Of a stretch of 64,000 bases of DNA, positions 11,722-24,959 are shown one piece after another (the stretch's first letter is position 1; every line of letters begins with the position of its first letter). The stretch is taken from assembly GCA_000165425.1 (NCBI GenBank), contig CT867985.1:1-64000 (forward strand), given 5' to 3'. This DNA comes from Paramecium tetraurelia (lineage: Eukaryota). The notes under the pieces are model-generated. The model was not told the origin of the DNA. It was given only the letters and a program-made list of their open reading frames with translations, and ran no database searches. Position numbers and translations under genes: made by a program.

Positions 11722-14700
11722 TCAGAAAGTATTTTGACTGTCTTCTTGAATTTTAGCACTCTTTCCTTCTAAAAATGCATATTTCCTTAATTCTTTGGAT
11801 ACCCAATAAGGACAATCAGGAATGGCAGCTCCAAGGATATATTTAATAAGTAATAAAATATGTTCTATTGCTGCTAGTACTAAAGTTTGAAATAAGGGAT
11901 CGGTATCCCCAATCAATTTTTCAAATTCAGATTTATTTACGATCCCTATCACTATGCAATTCATGAAGGTAGAACAATAATTCATAATCTCAAAAATGGA
12001 TAGCCAAATTCCAATTGAATCAGCAGCTTAAGCTCTCTTTAGTAATGTAATATCTTACCTCTCGTTTTAGCACATTTTAGTAGTTGTAGATGGAAAATTG
12101 TAGGTTGATGTATTGATTTAACAGAAAGAAAAGTGGAGCAGCAGCGAAGGCAGGAGAAAACATAGTTGTATATCCAAATTGAATGGCTATACTAGTATAC
12201 TCATTATATAATTCCTTTTATGGTTACTTATTATGGCTATCCTCCATTATTTGCATAAATTTAATCTAATCTTGAAGGGGCAACTTGTCATTTACATACT
12301 ACAATTCACAAATTTTGAAATCTTTACAATAATCCTAAAATTTATCAAATTAACCCTCGAGACCCCATTTCAGATATTTATAGAATAAAAAAGGCATGCA
12401 ATTGCTGGTTAAATTGGAGATTAATCCTCTTGTAATAATTATGCTGGCTACTGATAAAGTTAATTGGGTCTGATCTGATTTAAATAATACAGCATAGACG
12501 ACAGAGATGTAGGAGATTAAGAATTCAAATAAAAACACTTTTAAAACATAAGAGTATTGCATTGCTAAATCAAATTTATGATTTTCCCAATTAACCACTG
12601 ATTTGCATAAGCGTTTATATAGGTCGCAAAAGACAGTCATGCCTACTCCATTAAGAGAATTAATTATTATTGGCATATAGATATTGTTTGGATCTTGGTT
12701 TGATTACCAAATGTTGAAGGCAAAGAAGCTCACTACTATAATAGATATCCCTAACAATATTACTGGGAATTCAACTATCAGCCTTCTTTTAAACGTTGTA
12801 AAATAATCATAGATTCCTATTTTATTTGTACATTGATTGATAACATATTCACCAGTATACATAACCCTTTAAGGCTCCTATTATTTGAATTTATGCATAT
12901 CCCAAATATATTTAAACTCAGATTCTCTATTTTTCCATTTCTCCATGAATAATGTTGCCCAAAGTGACATAAATAAAGCATAGGCTGGTAAAATGGAAGC
13001 ACTTAATTATACTGATTAAATTTTACTGAACTTTATCAGCAAACAGCTGATACAATTGAATAGCAGAACCAACTAGAGCTGGAATTATAAGCCAGCCTAC
13101 AATTTAAACGTTAAAAGAGATATACCAGGCAATCACAGGTCCATAATATGCTGCTATGGAATTTAATGGTCTTAATGAAAACTAGTGAGTTTCAAATCTG
13201 ATTGTGTCTCTGATGCAATTGTATTGGAGCTCTTTCCATAACTAATCAACTTTTTATTATTTTGAATTGTCTTCAAGGGGAAAATGAGATATCACTAAAC
13301 CCTCTAAAATAAATTTGTCTAAATCAAATTCTTCATTCAATGTATTAACAATAAGGGATTGTATCTGCAAAGGTTTAGGAAATTCGTAATGATCATAATC
13401 TCGATATTTAAATTTGGCTAGATGCTATGATTAAAAAAGATATTACTTTCTTAGTAAAATGATAGCATTCAATCTCATATTTATCCGCTAATTTATAAAT
13501 AGTATTTGCTGTTAGTTTCAACACGTAATAATGATGTTTCATCTTATTTTCTTATTAATTCCTAAGACAATTATAATTTGGAGTGTTGATTACTATGAAT
13601 TCAAAGTCCATATCATTTTATTAAAGAGATTATCTAATATTCTGTAATTGTAACATAACAATATCTTGATTAACATCTAAGGATCCCTTTGTCTAAAGAA
13701 CGTACATATATCCCATGAAATTAAAACTTTGTTCATTTTTTTTTAGATATTAATTCTCGTAAAATTTGACCATCTTAGTATCGAAGGTAAGTTCAAAAGG
13801 TTTTAAACATCTATGGTTTAAGACATCAACTGAAACCCCATTTTCCACTAAAATCTTCATGCATTCATAATTGTTGATTTCAATTGCTAAATGTAAGGCA
13901 TTCGAAGGATTCAAATCAGTCATCATATTGAAGGCATTATTCTAATAATCAATAACTCAATAATACTTTATTAAATATAACTTTGCTCTGCTGAGTTTTA
14001 GTCAATTCCTCTTCGGTAATATAAGGTTGTTTCTCCTTCAGTTCTTCTAGCTCTTTGTATTTATATTCATTCTCTAATATAAATCTTAGAATATTGTATT
14101 TCCCTTTGTTTGCTGCAATATGTAGACAATTAAATCCTTAATATTAAATTAGAAATGGATTACATCCCTTTTTTAAAAAGTATGTAAAAAATTCTATAGA
14201 CTCTATTCTTGTTGACCAAAATTATAATCTGCACTCAAACAATTACCTCTTATTTTAACTCTTTGTATAATGAAAGATGTAGTAAGGTTCATTATTAAAA
14301 GTTGTACTTTTTCTTTTGAATAATTTCTATCCTGGTTTCTTTAATGAGGGTTTCATCGATCTAAATTATTGAGCATCCTTCATCGACAATCTAAAATCCT
14401 CTTAGGATATTTGCATTTCTTGAGAAAGTTGCCTTCCAAACTAAGAAGGTGCACATGATTATTGGCATTATGATGGTTAATATCGAGATAATTCGGAGCG
14501 TGAATAAATATTATTTGATTTAAAGATACGAGGAATTTCTTCATCTGATTAAACCAGATTTTTTTATTGATTTCTTTCACTTTCCAAATCACTTTTAGAA
14601 TTGAGTATTTTATTTGATTAATCAAAATAATTTTTATGAGGATCAATAAATATTGTATTGGTTGGTTACATTATTTTAACAGTAGGAATTTTTTCTGCTT

Positions 14701-15705
14701 CTGGTTCATTAAGTTCTTATTAGGAATCATCAAATGGAATTTCATTGGGTATATTTTTATTTGGTAACTTTGTCATTCTCTCTTTGATTTACTTAAATTA
14801 TTAACTTAGTCTAGAAGTTAAGGAATCTCTTTTTTGAGACATAGTACATGTTTATCGAACCTTTGACATTAAGGTCATCGTAGTCAAACCTGCATGTAAA
14901 TAATTTTAGGTTCTTTCTTCAGATTCACTGTCAATTTCATTAGCAGGTTCTTTCAATTGCAATCTATCTCTACTATCATTGCCTTGCGACTTTAATGACT
15001 GAGATCTAAGAGTCATAGTCATTTAAGTATTGAGGTTTCGGAGATTTTTAAATTGGTGATTGTAGACTGTTTATGCATATTCCACAACTGTTGCAATAAA
15101 AATGCCTTTGTAGTTCCTCCTAAAATACATGAAATTTATAAAAATACTAATATTCCTAAGGTCTGTTTTCCAAGAATAAATAATCGACAGGATACATGCC
15201 AAATTAGTCGAATTGGTATTGTAAATCGGGGTAATTTGACAAGAGGAATTTAATTAACTCCGTGTTTCCATAATAATATGCCCAATGAAGTGGAGTAGCT
15301 CTTTAATATGGATTATCAAGTCGGACTACAGCCTTATTCTCGATTAACAGTTTGATTAGGCTAAATTAAATCAAGGAGTCTTGTTCTTTCATGAAGCTGC
15401 AAGTAATTAGAATATTGAATTTACCCTTTAATGCTCGCTAATTCTAAAGGAGTGTAATGATGCATATCGGTCTTATTAAGATCTATGTATTAAGAGTAGG
15501 ATTGTAGCCAATTTTCCACTAATTCCAATTATCCGAAATAGGCAGCCCAATGGACTACATTGCGTTTCTAGTTATCAATCATCTTGAAAAAGTGTTAAAG
15601 TCCTTGTTAATTGCCAGCTAGATTTTCACGAAAGTAAACTGCCAAAGTTTATGCGTTACCATCTTTGACCCATTCTAGTAATTGAGTTTGGGTTATCTTA
15701 TACAT
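11722..15705 (-). CDS. Ankyrin-repeat + anoctamin (TMEM16) family membrane protein
   Basis: N-terminal ankyrin repeats: RNVVHWAAYFGQLELV, TPLELASIKG, ATPLHWAYYYGNTELIKFLL, NCLHIAANKGKYNILRFIL, NALHLAIEINNYECMKILVENG. C-terminal anoctamin motifs: PLNSIAAYYGPVIAWY, VNWENHK, LKVFLFEF, EYTSIAIQFGYTTMF, SIGIW, EHILLLIKYILGAAIPDCPYWV. Confidence 0.9.
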
Positions 15706-15797
15706 TAATAATGAGAAAAAATAATAATTGATTAATTCATTTCTGAAATATCTAATACATATTAAGATACAACATAAGTATTATCGAATCTTAACGT

Positions 15798-16787
15798 ATG
15801 GATCTGAGCCATACATTTATGTAAGTTCGGAATCCTAATGACATTATAACAGATAATTAATTAATGAAAACATTGCATTTTCAAGATTAAACATTCATCC
15901 AACCTTATTATACTCCTAGAGGAGACTCATATAGATATGATTATCATAAATAATAAACGATGTAGCTTTTGAATAAGGTTAAGAGACATCTTCAAATATG
16001 TGACTCAACTAGATATCGATGTGAGAGGAGATCACCGGTTGATGTCAAATATTTAGATAATCAACTGCGAGATGAGGTTAAAGACGACTATGTAGAATAA
16101 AATGCAGACCAAGAATTCAAGATCTTAAATGGAACATGTTTAAAAGAAATGTTAGCATATAACAACATTCAAGATGTGCGTAAATCTGATGAAGAATATG
16201 AGTTTGCTTAAACAATGATGCCAAAGTAGAGAAGATTAAAGAAATTATAATCAACTATATTAGTTACTAAACTAGTAAGGGCCAAAGGTATAGATAAGAA
16301 GTCAATCCAGTAAATAGATAAAGAAAAATTGGAAGAATTCATGTAAAACCACAAGGATTAAATAAAAGCAGACAAAAAATCTAAATTACATAAACTGAAA
16401 CTTCCCAATATTCCAGAGGCATCTTCCAGAAGATTTTAGAGAGCAACTATAACTACCTTTAGAGAGTTTAAATAAAATTCATCTGAAGTCGATGGTTCGC
16501 CTTTAGTTTAAAGATAAACTTCATTGACATTAATATCAGATACCAAAATTCCAATAGTAAGGTAGGGACAGTCAAAAAAAACAATTGGTTTATTAATTGA
16601 TAGAATAAATGAAGAAAAAACAGCAATAATTGAATAAAAAAAGGACATAAAAACTTCAATAGCAAAAGTATAGAAACATTTTGATAAAATAGATATATTT
16701 GGTAAATTGGATCGACAAGAAAAATTTAATTATTTAAAATTTGAGCAAAGAATTTTTGGCAAAGGTAAACATAAGAGATACTTTTGA
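15798..16787 (+). CDS. Hypothetical protein (329 aa, intronless)
   Basis: A 990-nt code-6 ORF, MDLSHTFMQ...KHKRYF-TGA, divergent from the anoctamin gene across 92 nt. Confidence 0.75.
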
Positions 16788-16854
16788 AATAATTAATTTT
16801 TTTTGTTAAAAGCTTTTTTAAAATTCAATTCATGATTGTTAAAATATATATTTT

Positions 16855-17800
16855 ATGAATTAGTTATAAATAGAGTTATTAATAAAAGTATCCTTAAATG
16901 TGGTTTATGAAAATTCTATTTTTCAAAATAAGGAGATAACTTATATGCTAAATTTACTGCTCTGCTATTTATAATCTTGCTAACATGATTTCTAAAGGAT
17001 ATTATATTGGAATGCTGATAATATTTAGATATAATACTACTTTATGCTTATTTTGAAACAAATAATAATTCAACCATTTTGGAAATATAAATTGCATAAT
17101 AAGAATATGATTTTATGTTTCTTTTGTGTCATTTATTTGGTAAAAATATTATGTACAATATTAGATTTGAATGAAGTTCAATTTATAGTTAATGCCTTCA
17201 ATTTTTACTGGTCTATTGATATTTGAAGCTGATTTAAAAAACTAATTTAGATTTAGAAATATTACTAGTAATATTCTATGTTGCTTGTTTTATATGAAGA
17301 TTAAAGTATTTCCAATTTATTATTCTGATAGATTGTAAAGTTTAAATTTAACTAGTATCTGTATATTTATAATAATTTAAAAATTATAAAAGATCAAACC
17401 TATTTATGGTTGTTTTTAATGTATATTCAAATGGACTGAAACTGAACATACATTTGTGTCACCTTAAATTACTTGATTAATTGAGTAGTACAGCTTATTT
17501 GGTATAATTAGAGAAGATAGATTTTTTTCAAAATAAAGTTTACCAAAAGGATGAGAAGTAAATTTAGAGCATGCTTAATCTGATCCCATGATGATTGACT
17601 ACTAGTGTTATGAAGTATAGATTGCAACTAATCTCTTTTAGGCAGTAAATCCATAAAAATATCTATTAATAATTTTCAATTTCTATGTGATTGGATTTAC
17701 TCCATCACATCTTTTGCATGCCTTAGACTCTAAATCAATCAGACAGTTACATATAATGTACCAAGTACATAGATGCATGATGTAATTAAATAGAGGAATT
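16855..17800. other. Unresolved coding-like or decayed gene region
   Basis: Intron-like elements on + (e.g. gtaaaaatattatgtacaatattag) and partial ORFs on both strands. I could not build a consistent model. Confidence 0.2.
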
Positions 17801-17884
17801 ATGTGGACTGTAATTAAAAAAAAATAAAATAAAAATGTATGAAATCACATTAATTAATGTATTTACTCTCTTATTAATTTTGAC

Positions 17885-19798
17885 TCAATATTCATCTAAT
17901 TCTACTAAATTTGGATGTTCTTTTTTATTGATTCTATTAAACATACATCTATGTTTAAAGATTTATTTTTGATATTGAATATTAAGACTTTGTGATAAGT
18001 AAGCAACAGTAACAACAAAACTTAGGATTATTTGCTGGAGTGTTCTCCTGAATTAGAATTTAAATAGGAAATCAGATTATTTACGAGTTATTTGAGATCC
18101 CTTAAATCTTAGTTTGTATATATTTGTTTATTTTGAGTATAATTGATTAAATCTTTATGTAAAATAACCATAGTATTTATCTCAACTTTGCAATTCACAT
18201 GATTAGGAATAAGTTCCAATTAATTACTCAAAGCCTTTATTAGTTATTGAATTGAAGATTTGCCTTAAAATGGAGAGTGCTGTTGTTGATAGCCAAAGTT
18301 TCCACTTAAACTATTAGTTCTTTTAACTCTTTCAGTCTTTGGATTTCTAAACATGGTAAAATAATCAGAACCTTTGTTGTCATCTAATTAGAATTCTGAG
18401 ACTTTCACTAAATCTAAGTCATAGTTTTATTTATTCGAAGTATTTGTAGAATGTGATTACAAAGCACTTGGAGTTCTGCATGAGTCATTATTACTATTAA
18501 GTTTTTGTTGAACGTTATGGATTTTTTCCAAATAATTGTTTAGCTCTGATCTTTAAGTGGGAAATTTGGAGTTTTAAGAATTGCTTCTTTCTCTCTCTAC
18601 TTTCCCTTGAGTTTGCTTTAGTTTTTCTTTAAGATCCAAATAACTAGTAATCTATTTTTATTTTTCATTGATTGGTGTTTTATTTTCATATCGTTTTGCT
18701 CCATCATTAGTAAGAAAAGCGGTATTACTAAGACTTCTATTATGTTTGTTGATTTATTAACATAATGATTCAGTTCTTTATTTAATTCTAAGCATCTGTA
18801 TGGAGTATTTCGATTAATTGTAATTTTGATTTTCTCTTTGAGTTGAAATTTAAGTATCCTCTTTCACTGTTGAAGTGGGAGACTCCTATTGATTGTCAAT
18901 TGTTTTTAGATTGATGTTAACAGAATTGAATAGATCTTCCCAACTCCATCTTTTCTCCTCATTGATCTGGAGACAGCCTTTGATGAGTTTCTTTGTATTT
19001 TCTGAAACTTATGGGTGCACTGGAAAAGACAAGGGCTAATTGATTAAAATTAATAAAATTACTTTTGAATCCAATTTATTCATTAATTCGACTAGGTTTT
19101 GAGAATGCCAAGGAGTCATGCCATAAAGCATCTCATATAGGATTAGTCCTAGTGACCAAACATCACACTTGGAAGAGTATTTAGTTCGTTTTAAGATTTA
19201 AGGACTCATGTACAATGGAGTGCCAACCAAGGAATTCATGATGGTATCGAGATTGGCATCAATTTATTTGGCAAAGCCGAAATCAGTGATTTTGAATTGG
19301 TTGTCGTGAATGAGAATGTTGGCTGGTTTGATGTCTCTATGGATGATTCCAATTTTAAGTAGAGCTTTGATTCCTAATAACAAATCATTCATGATCTTGA
19401 GAGCTTCATCTTCTGGAATAACTCTAAATGTATGAATACAGTACTTTCGATTCTTGATAAATTCCCTTAGGTCTCCTCCATTGCAATACTCAGTTATGAT
19501 GTATGTATTATTGGCACTTTGTAGTACATCGAGGAGTTTAACAACATGCGAATCATTAATCTTCTTCATAATTTCAATTTCTGAGGCAATTAATTGATTG
19601 GCGTAATCGGTAAGTAGTAACTTTTTGTCAATCACTTTGAGTGCAACAATTTTGTCTATGGATTAGAAATGCAAGTATACTATCAAAGGTGTTTCTTCCT
19701 GCATAAACAGTGCCATAAGCACCTTTGCCCAATTTGGCTCTGAAACTGAACTGATAATTCTAAATTTTTTTATCGGGAGGGTAGCTGAGGTGTTACAT
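17885..19798 (-). CDS. Ser/Thr protein kinase, ULK/Atg1-like, with a long low-complexity C-terminal region
   Basis: LGKGAYGTVY, VALK, EYCNGGDL, IIHRDIKPANIL, ITDFGFAK, SLVGTPLYMSPQIL and KCDVWSLG. Introns include 19656-19680 and 19424-19444. Confidence 0.93.
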
Positions 19799-20006
19799 TT
19801 TATATTTTGAATTTGAAATATTTATTTAATGTTTAGAATTATGTTATAATTTAAAATTTATGGTGAAAATAGTTTGATTGAATTAACTCATAGTAAATGA
19901 CAAGAGTTAATTAATCATTTTCGTCAATTGTCTTGAAATACTTTCGCGAGATTACCAATATTAATGAGATACATAACATTTTTTTATTGATTTAATTATA
20001 TATATA

Positions 20007-21533
20007 ATGGTAAAGTATTTCGATAATATTTGGGAAAACATCCTTGTAGTTGCTTTGGGGGTTGCTCCTCTTCTATAGAATTTGGTTGGTTTGGCCTGGA
20101 AGAGGTAGAATAAAAGTAAGAACTCATGCATTTAAGGATAGACTACTAAGCTGCCAAGTTAAAATTTAAGGAAAAGAGAAGTATTTTCATTCTGAATTTA
20201 TGTTCAATTTACACAAAAATAGCAATCTTGAGTATGTTTACACTTTTGTCAATATTGCAAATAGTCATCAACACTTAATTTCATTCAGAGTATGTAGTGT
20301 GTTGTTAACTAGTTACGTTTTGATTATAATTATAGAATTTTGTTAGATAATTAATTACTTGTTGGCAGGATTGCAAGTATTTGAAGATGCAGATATATAC
20401 GGATAAACAACATTTGTTACTCAATTAAATCTCATAGTATTTTATGGAATATCTATATAGTTGCAATTTTTGTGTTTTTGTGGTTTTGCAATAATCCTCT
20501 TTACTTGGCAGATAAATAACAAAGATAGATTTGTGATCATGCATGAAGACACTAGTTGTTGGCTAATGTTCATCCTCAGAGGAATAGTCCTCATGCTCTT
20601 TTCAGTCTTCGTCTTCTTTATGCCATAGGATAAAAAGTTGCTCCAAACTATAGTCTCTGAGTACAAATACAAAAAATAACTGCTTGGTAATGATGAAGAG
20701 ACATAGATAAGGTAATAGCTATTGACAAATGAATCCACATTTACATTTTGTTAGCCAGACATCGAAAAGCAATCACAAGTAACCGATATTGAAGTGAAAT
20801 CCTTCCAAGACAATAAAGATCTTAATAGTTAACGAAAATACATCATTTATGAGATTACCTTCAAATATCAGAACAAACACAAAATAGTATTTCGATCTTT
20901 CAGTGACTTCCTAACATTCCACAGAGATTTAGCCTTGACATATCCATAGATCCAATTACCCCATTTCCCTTAAATGACAAAATACCTAACTCCATAGGAT
21001 ATTGAAAATCGAAGAGAACAACTAGGCGTATTTCTCTAAAGAATATCGAGTCAATTCAATGGTAACGACATACTCCTAGACTTTTTGAATGCTACTGGAA
21101 AGTGTTTCCAATATAAACCAAAAATACCTTTGCCACAACAATAATAGCAGAGACCCAAGAAGATTGCAACACAATAACAATATACCAAAGCAAAATCAAT
21201 CCAAAGTTTGATCCCAGAAACCATTTGGGAAGGACAGAATGATGAGGATGAGGAGAGCATTGAGGTTGATACAAGAAAAACAAAAAAGGCTTCGACTTAT
21301 GTAAAGATGCATTTTGGAGAGGAAGAACCTCAATATTAGAGATTTAATAGTGCTAACGATCTAGATGAGGATCAAAGAACTTTTGACTTTGAGAAACCTT
21401 CGGATGGTATTATTTGATATTTGAGTTATTTATAGATTAGATTGGGTATGATCAATTTTAGGATGATGATCATGATCACTCTTTTGAGGAGGAAGAAAAG
21501 CATTCGTCACAAAATATGATGATAATGTAATGA
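20007..21533 (+). CDS. Multi-pass transmembrane protein with a PX (phox homology) domain and acidic tail
   Basis: Several hydrophobic segments, then YIIYEITFKYQNKHKIVFRSFSDFLTFHRDLALTYPQIQLPHFP...IENRREQLGVFLQ...LLDFLN, matching the PX consensus RR(Y/F)S(D/E)F..L...LP..P...R...L..FL. 5' splice pattern is provisional. Confidence 0.8.
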
Positions 21534-21589
21534 GAATTATTTTGATTTATATACTATTTTATATAAATATATTTGAAATAAATAAAGAT

Positions 21590-22193
21590 ATGAGAGGCAA
21601 ACCCTAAGCTCAAGTAGCGTAAAAGCAATAACCTTAGAAGTAAGGGAATGCACGTAAACCTCAAGAGAGGTATGGATGATAATTTAGTGTTACTAGACCA
21701 GGATTGACTGATGATGAAATTGATGAAATCAGAGAAGCATTCAATCTTTTTGATACTGAGGGTACTGGGAGAGTGGATCCACGTGAATTGAAGGCAGCTA
21801 TGTAGAGTTTAGGATTCGATTAAAAGAATCCAACTATTTTTAATATGATTGCCGAACTTGAAAATGAGGGGTATTTAGTGCAAGATTAGAGATAGAACTG
21901 ATGTTGACTTTGATTAATTTTTAGATGCAATTACGTCTAAGTTGGGTAATAGGGAGAGCAAAGATGGAATCAATAAAATATTTGATTTATTCGATGATGA
22001 TGGCAGCAATAGTATCAACTTGAATAATTTGAAAAGAGTATAAAATCGAGAATTGATAAGTTAGGTATCCAAAGAATTGGGTGAGACCATGACTGCTGAA
22101 GAATTGGCTGAGATGTTGGAACGTGCAGCTTCGAATGGCAGAGAAATTACAAGAGAGGACTTCTACAACATCATGGTTAAGAGGGCATTTTGA
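21590..22193 (+). CDS. Centrin (EF-hand), Paramecium ICL1e-like infraciliary-lattice subfamily
   Basis: [64 protein letters not shown]...[22 protein letters not shown]...[10 protein letters not shown], with three short introns. Subfamily is assigned from recalled similarity to ICL1e. Confidence 0.93.
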
Positions 22194-22235
22194 TAACCTT
22201 CTAGACAATGCAATATATATATAATTAATAATAAA

Positions 22236-24478
22236 ATGATTAAATTAGAAGCTCACACATTTCATAACAAAAATGTATCTCAACCTATGTTGATATAAGA
22301 TAAATCTCCTATTGATATAGTAAGGCAAAAGAAAATTATTTTCAGGAGAGAATAGATCAATGATGATTCCAACTTCTTTATTCAAGTATATTAAACAATC
22401 TAATCCAACAGACTGAAGATTCATAAGAAATCATCTCTATCAAACCAGACAATCCAGATTTCGTTATGAATCATTTCACCAAGATAGCCCTTTCTGATGA
22501 CATCTCAGATTTCTAGGCTTTGGAATTCCATGACAGAGCTGCAAAATTATTAGAATTTTATACTTTAAATTAGTATTTCCTTATTATCACATAGAATATA
22601 AGTTTAATACACATCTGTTCTATTCTCCAAAATTAATTACGCTATTATGCTTAAGAGATACGCAGCTTATGAAGAATCCTTAGGTTTACTCTTAGAATGT
22701 GAACAGATTCTCAAAATTAAGGGCAAAACCTTAAAAAAAGGAACCTTTGATGCTATACAAATGGCTAAGATCATACAAAATAAACTACTTAGATTAAGAG
22801 TAATGTTTTAAATTACATTGTTATTTTCTGAAACCAAAAGGTATTCAATAAAATTTTTAGACAAGAAACAAGTAGGCTTTAGACATAGCAAAAGATGCAG
22901 TTAAAGTACTAAGGAGTATTCTTTAGTCTACAATCAAATTATGTTAACAAATAACTCTATTTAACAATGTGAATAAAAAATAAAGAGCAAATTCAGAAAT
23001 CAATTCTCCCAACTTCAAGAATTCTATATCACTGCAGTGTTAGCCTTAATAATAATCATAGCCTTAGAATTTGAGCTATCCATAAATAGTGGAAATTGTA
23101 TTTAAGGAGATTTTGAATTCAATAAGGAGTGTAATACCTTATGATGATAAGTCGAATGAAGGGGGTAGTTAAAATAACCTGCTAGTGCGAAATCATCAGA
23201 ATAGGAGTCAATCTCTATTTACAACTGAACAGATATTTCAGACTCAAGCGAATAATTAATAAAATAAATTATTCAGTGTTATTGATGATCAGCATCCTTT
23301 GTTATAAATGTAAATTTTGGGATTGATGCAATTAACATATGTAGATTTGGAAGAATTATTCCCCATCAATAGTTATGAAATGGTTATAGCGGAAGAAGTA
23401 ATCTTAGAGTTGGTACTTGATTCTAGAATATATTATAGATTATGTTAACTGGCTTAAGTTTTTATAGTATATCAACTGAATTAAGATTCCTGAATCTTCA
23501 ACAAAATAAAATGAACATTGAAATCTGGTTGGGAAAGGCCTTGGAGATATTTTATACATTTGTTCCTCATTCAAGTTCAATCTTCACTCAGATCTATTAG
23601 GTCTATCGAAAACTCTATGGTGTGGATAAGCAATCAATTGTATTTTATTAAACTCATTCACTTAGCCTGAAGATGAAGAAGTTGAGTATCACACCAAGTT
23701 GTTGAAGCCTCATGCCTTTAACAATAGGGCTACACTATCGAATCAGCTTGTAATCGTCGTCAAAGTCCCTATTTTACATAAGTCAACATAAGACCCACAT
23801 AAGATGCCACAACAGACAAATGCAACAATTACGAAACTGTAACAAACTCTGACAGCCAAAAAGCAAATACTCTATCCACAAAAGCATTCTGTCACTCAAT
23901 AGGAAGCTGAAAAGAAGTTTGAAACATAATAAGAGGAACTAGTGATCTCTCCCAAATAACAATAACAACTTTTTATTAAGAAGTATAAAATTCTATAACC
24001 TTAATTGGATATAAAACAAAGAGTAGATATACTAATGAATTAAATTTTAACTTAGTAGTCTAAACTCACTTAAGAAAAGTTAAAATAGAAACACACTCCT
24101 ATAACTACTCTAAAGTAGAAGTATCACGTCAGCACAAAGATTTATGATGAACCAAAATAAGTGACTCTCACGAATTCATAATAATTAAAAACTGCAATTC
24201 CAGTTAGTAGATCATTGTCTAATTCTCGTAAAGCTAGTTAAGTTCATCTCAAAGGTTAAAATAACAACAGTGCAAAGACTGCCTAATTAAGATATCGAAA
24301 TTAGATAAATACTCTGCCTGGTGATGAACCTTCAAAATAAATTGCTTAATAGATTTCTACTCAAGTTGCTAGTTTAAATCGACAATCCAATGTATTTTGT
24401 CTCTTTATTTAGAAATACTTCCTACTGAAACGGACTGATTCTGCCAAGAAATCAAAAATTCCATTTCAATAACGTTGA
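22236..24478 (+). CDS. Hypothetical protein with an alpha-helical N-terminal half and Q/S/K-rich C-terminal half
   Basis: Code-6 frame is kept across several 21-26-nt GT..AG introns, MIKLEAHTF...KSKIPFQQR-TGA. I did not verify every internal junction. Confidence 0.7.
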
Positions 24479-24502
24479 ATTACTTATAAATATATTTAAA
24501 AT

Positions 24503-24903
24503 ATGTCTACAGAAGCAGAAATAAAATATTATCTTATGAAGACAAACTTTTATTCTATGTTGGGAGTTCCAGAGAATGTTAAAGTTTAAGAACTGAAAAA
24601 AGCCTTTTATAGATTCGCTTTGCTTTTTCGCCATCGTTGTATGTTTTTAATCAATGAGTTAGATCTTACGATAGAAGTGCTTTGCTAGGAATGAATACAT
24701 AATGAAGGACGAAAGTTTTAAGAAGTATTATGAGGCTGAGATTGATAGAAAGTATATAAACATATTGGATCATTAAGGTATGGAGTCGAAAATGAAAAGT
24801 AGAGGTTGCTGTTTGAAGATTAGAATTCCTAGTTAGTTAATACTCAAGAAAACTTTTCAGAGATTTTTAAAATATGATTAGTTTGTGTACATTTATTTAT
24901 TGA
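24503..24903 (+). pseudogene. Degenerate J-domain (DnaJ-like) gene remnant
   Basis: NFYSMLGVPENVKVQELKKAFYRFALLFRHR resembles J helices I-II without HPD. It is followed by an in-frame TGA, then KFQEV, and after a frameshift YEAEIDRKY (helix III-IV-like). The 3' boundary is approximate. Confidence 0.45.
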
Positions 24904-24959
24904 TAACAAATAATTGAATGTTTATGAAGCAATTACTAATTATATAAAAAATACTAAAA

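Noticed and set aside
15053..15253. A separate + strand gene, or a separate ankyrin gene upstream of the anoctamin
   Set aside because: The minus-strand frame continues from the ankyrin exons through a 28-nt intron into the linker and anoctamin, so one fusion gene is the simpler model.
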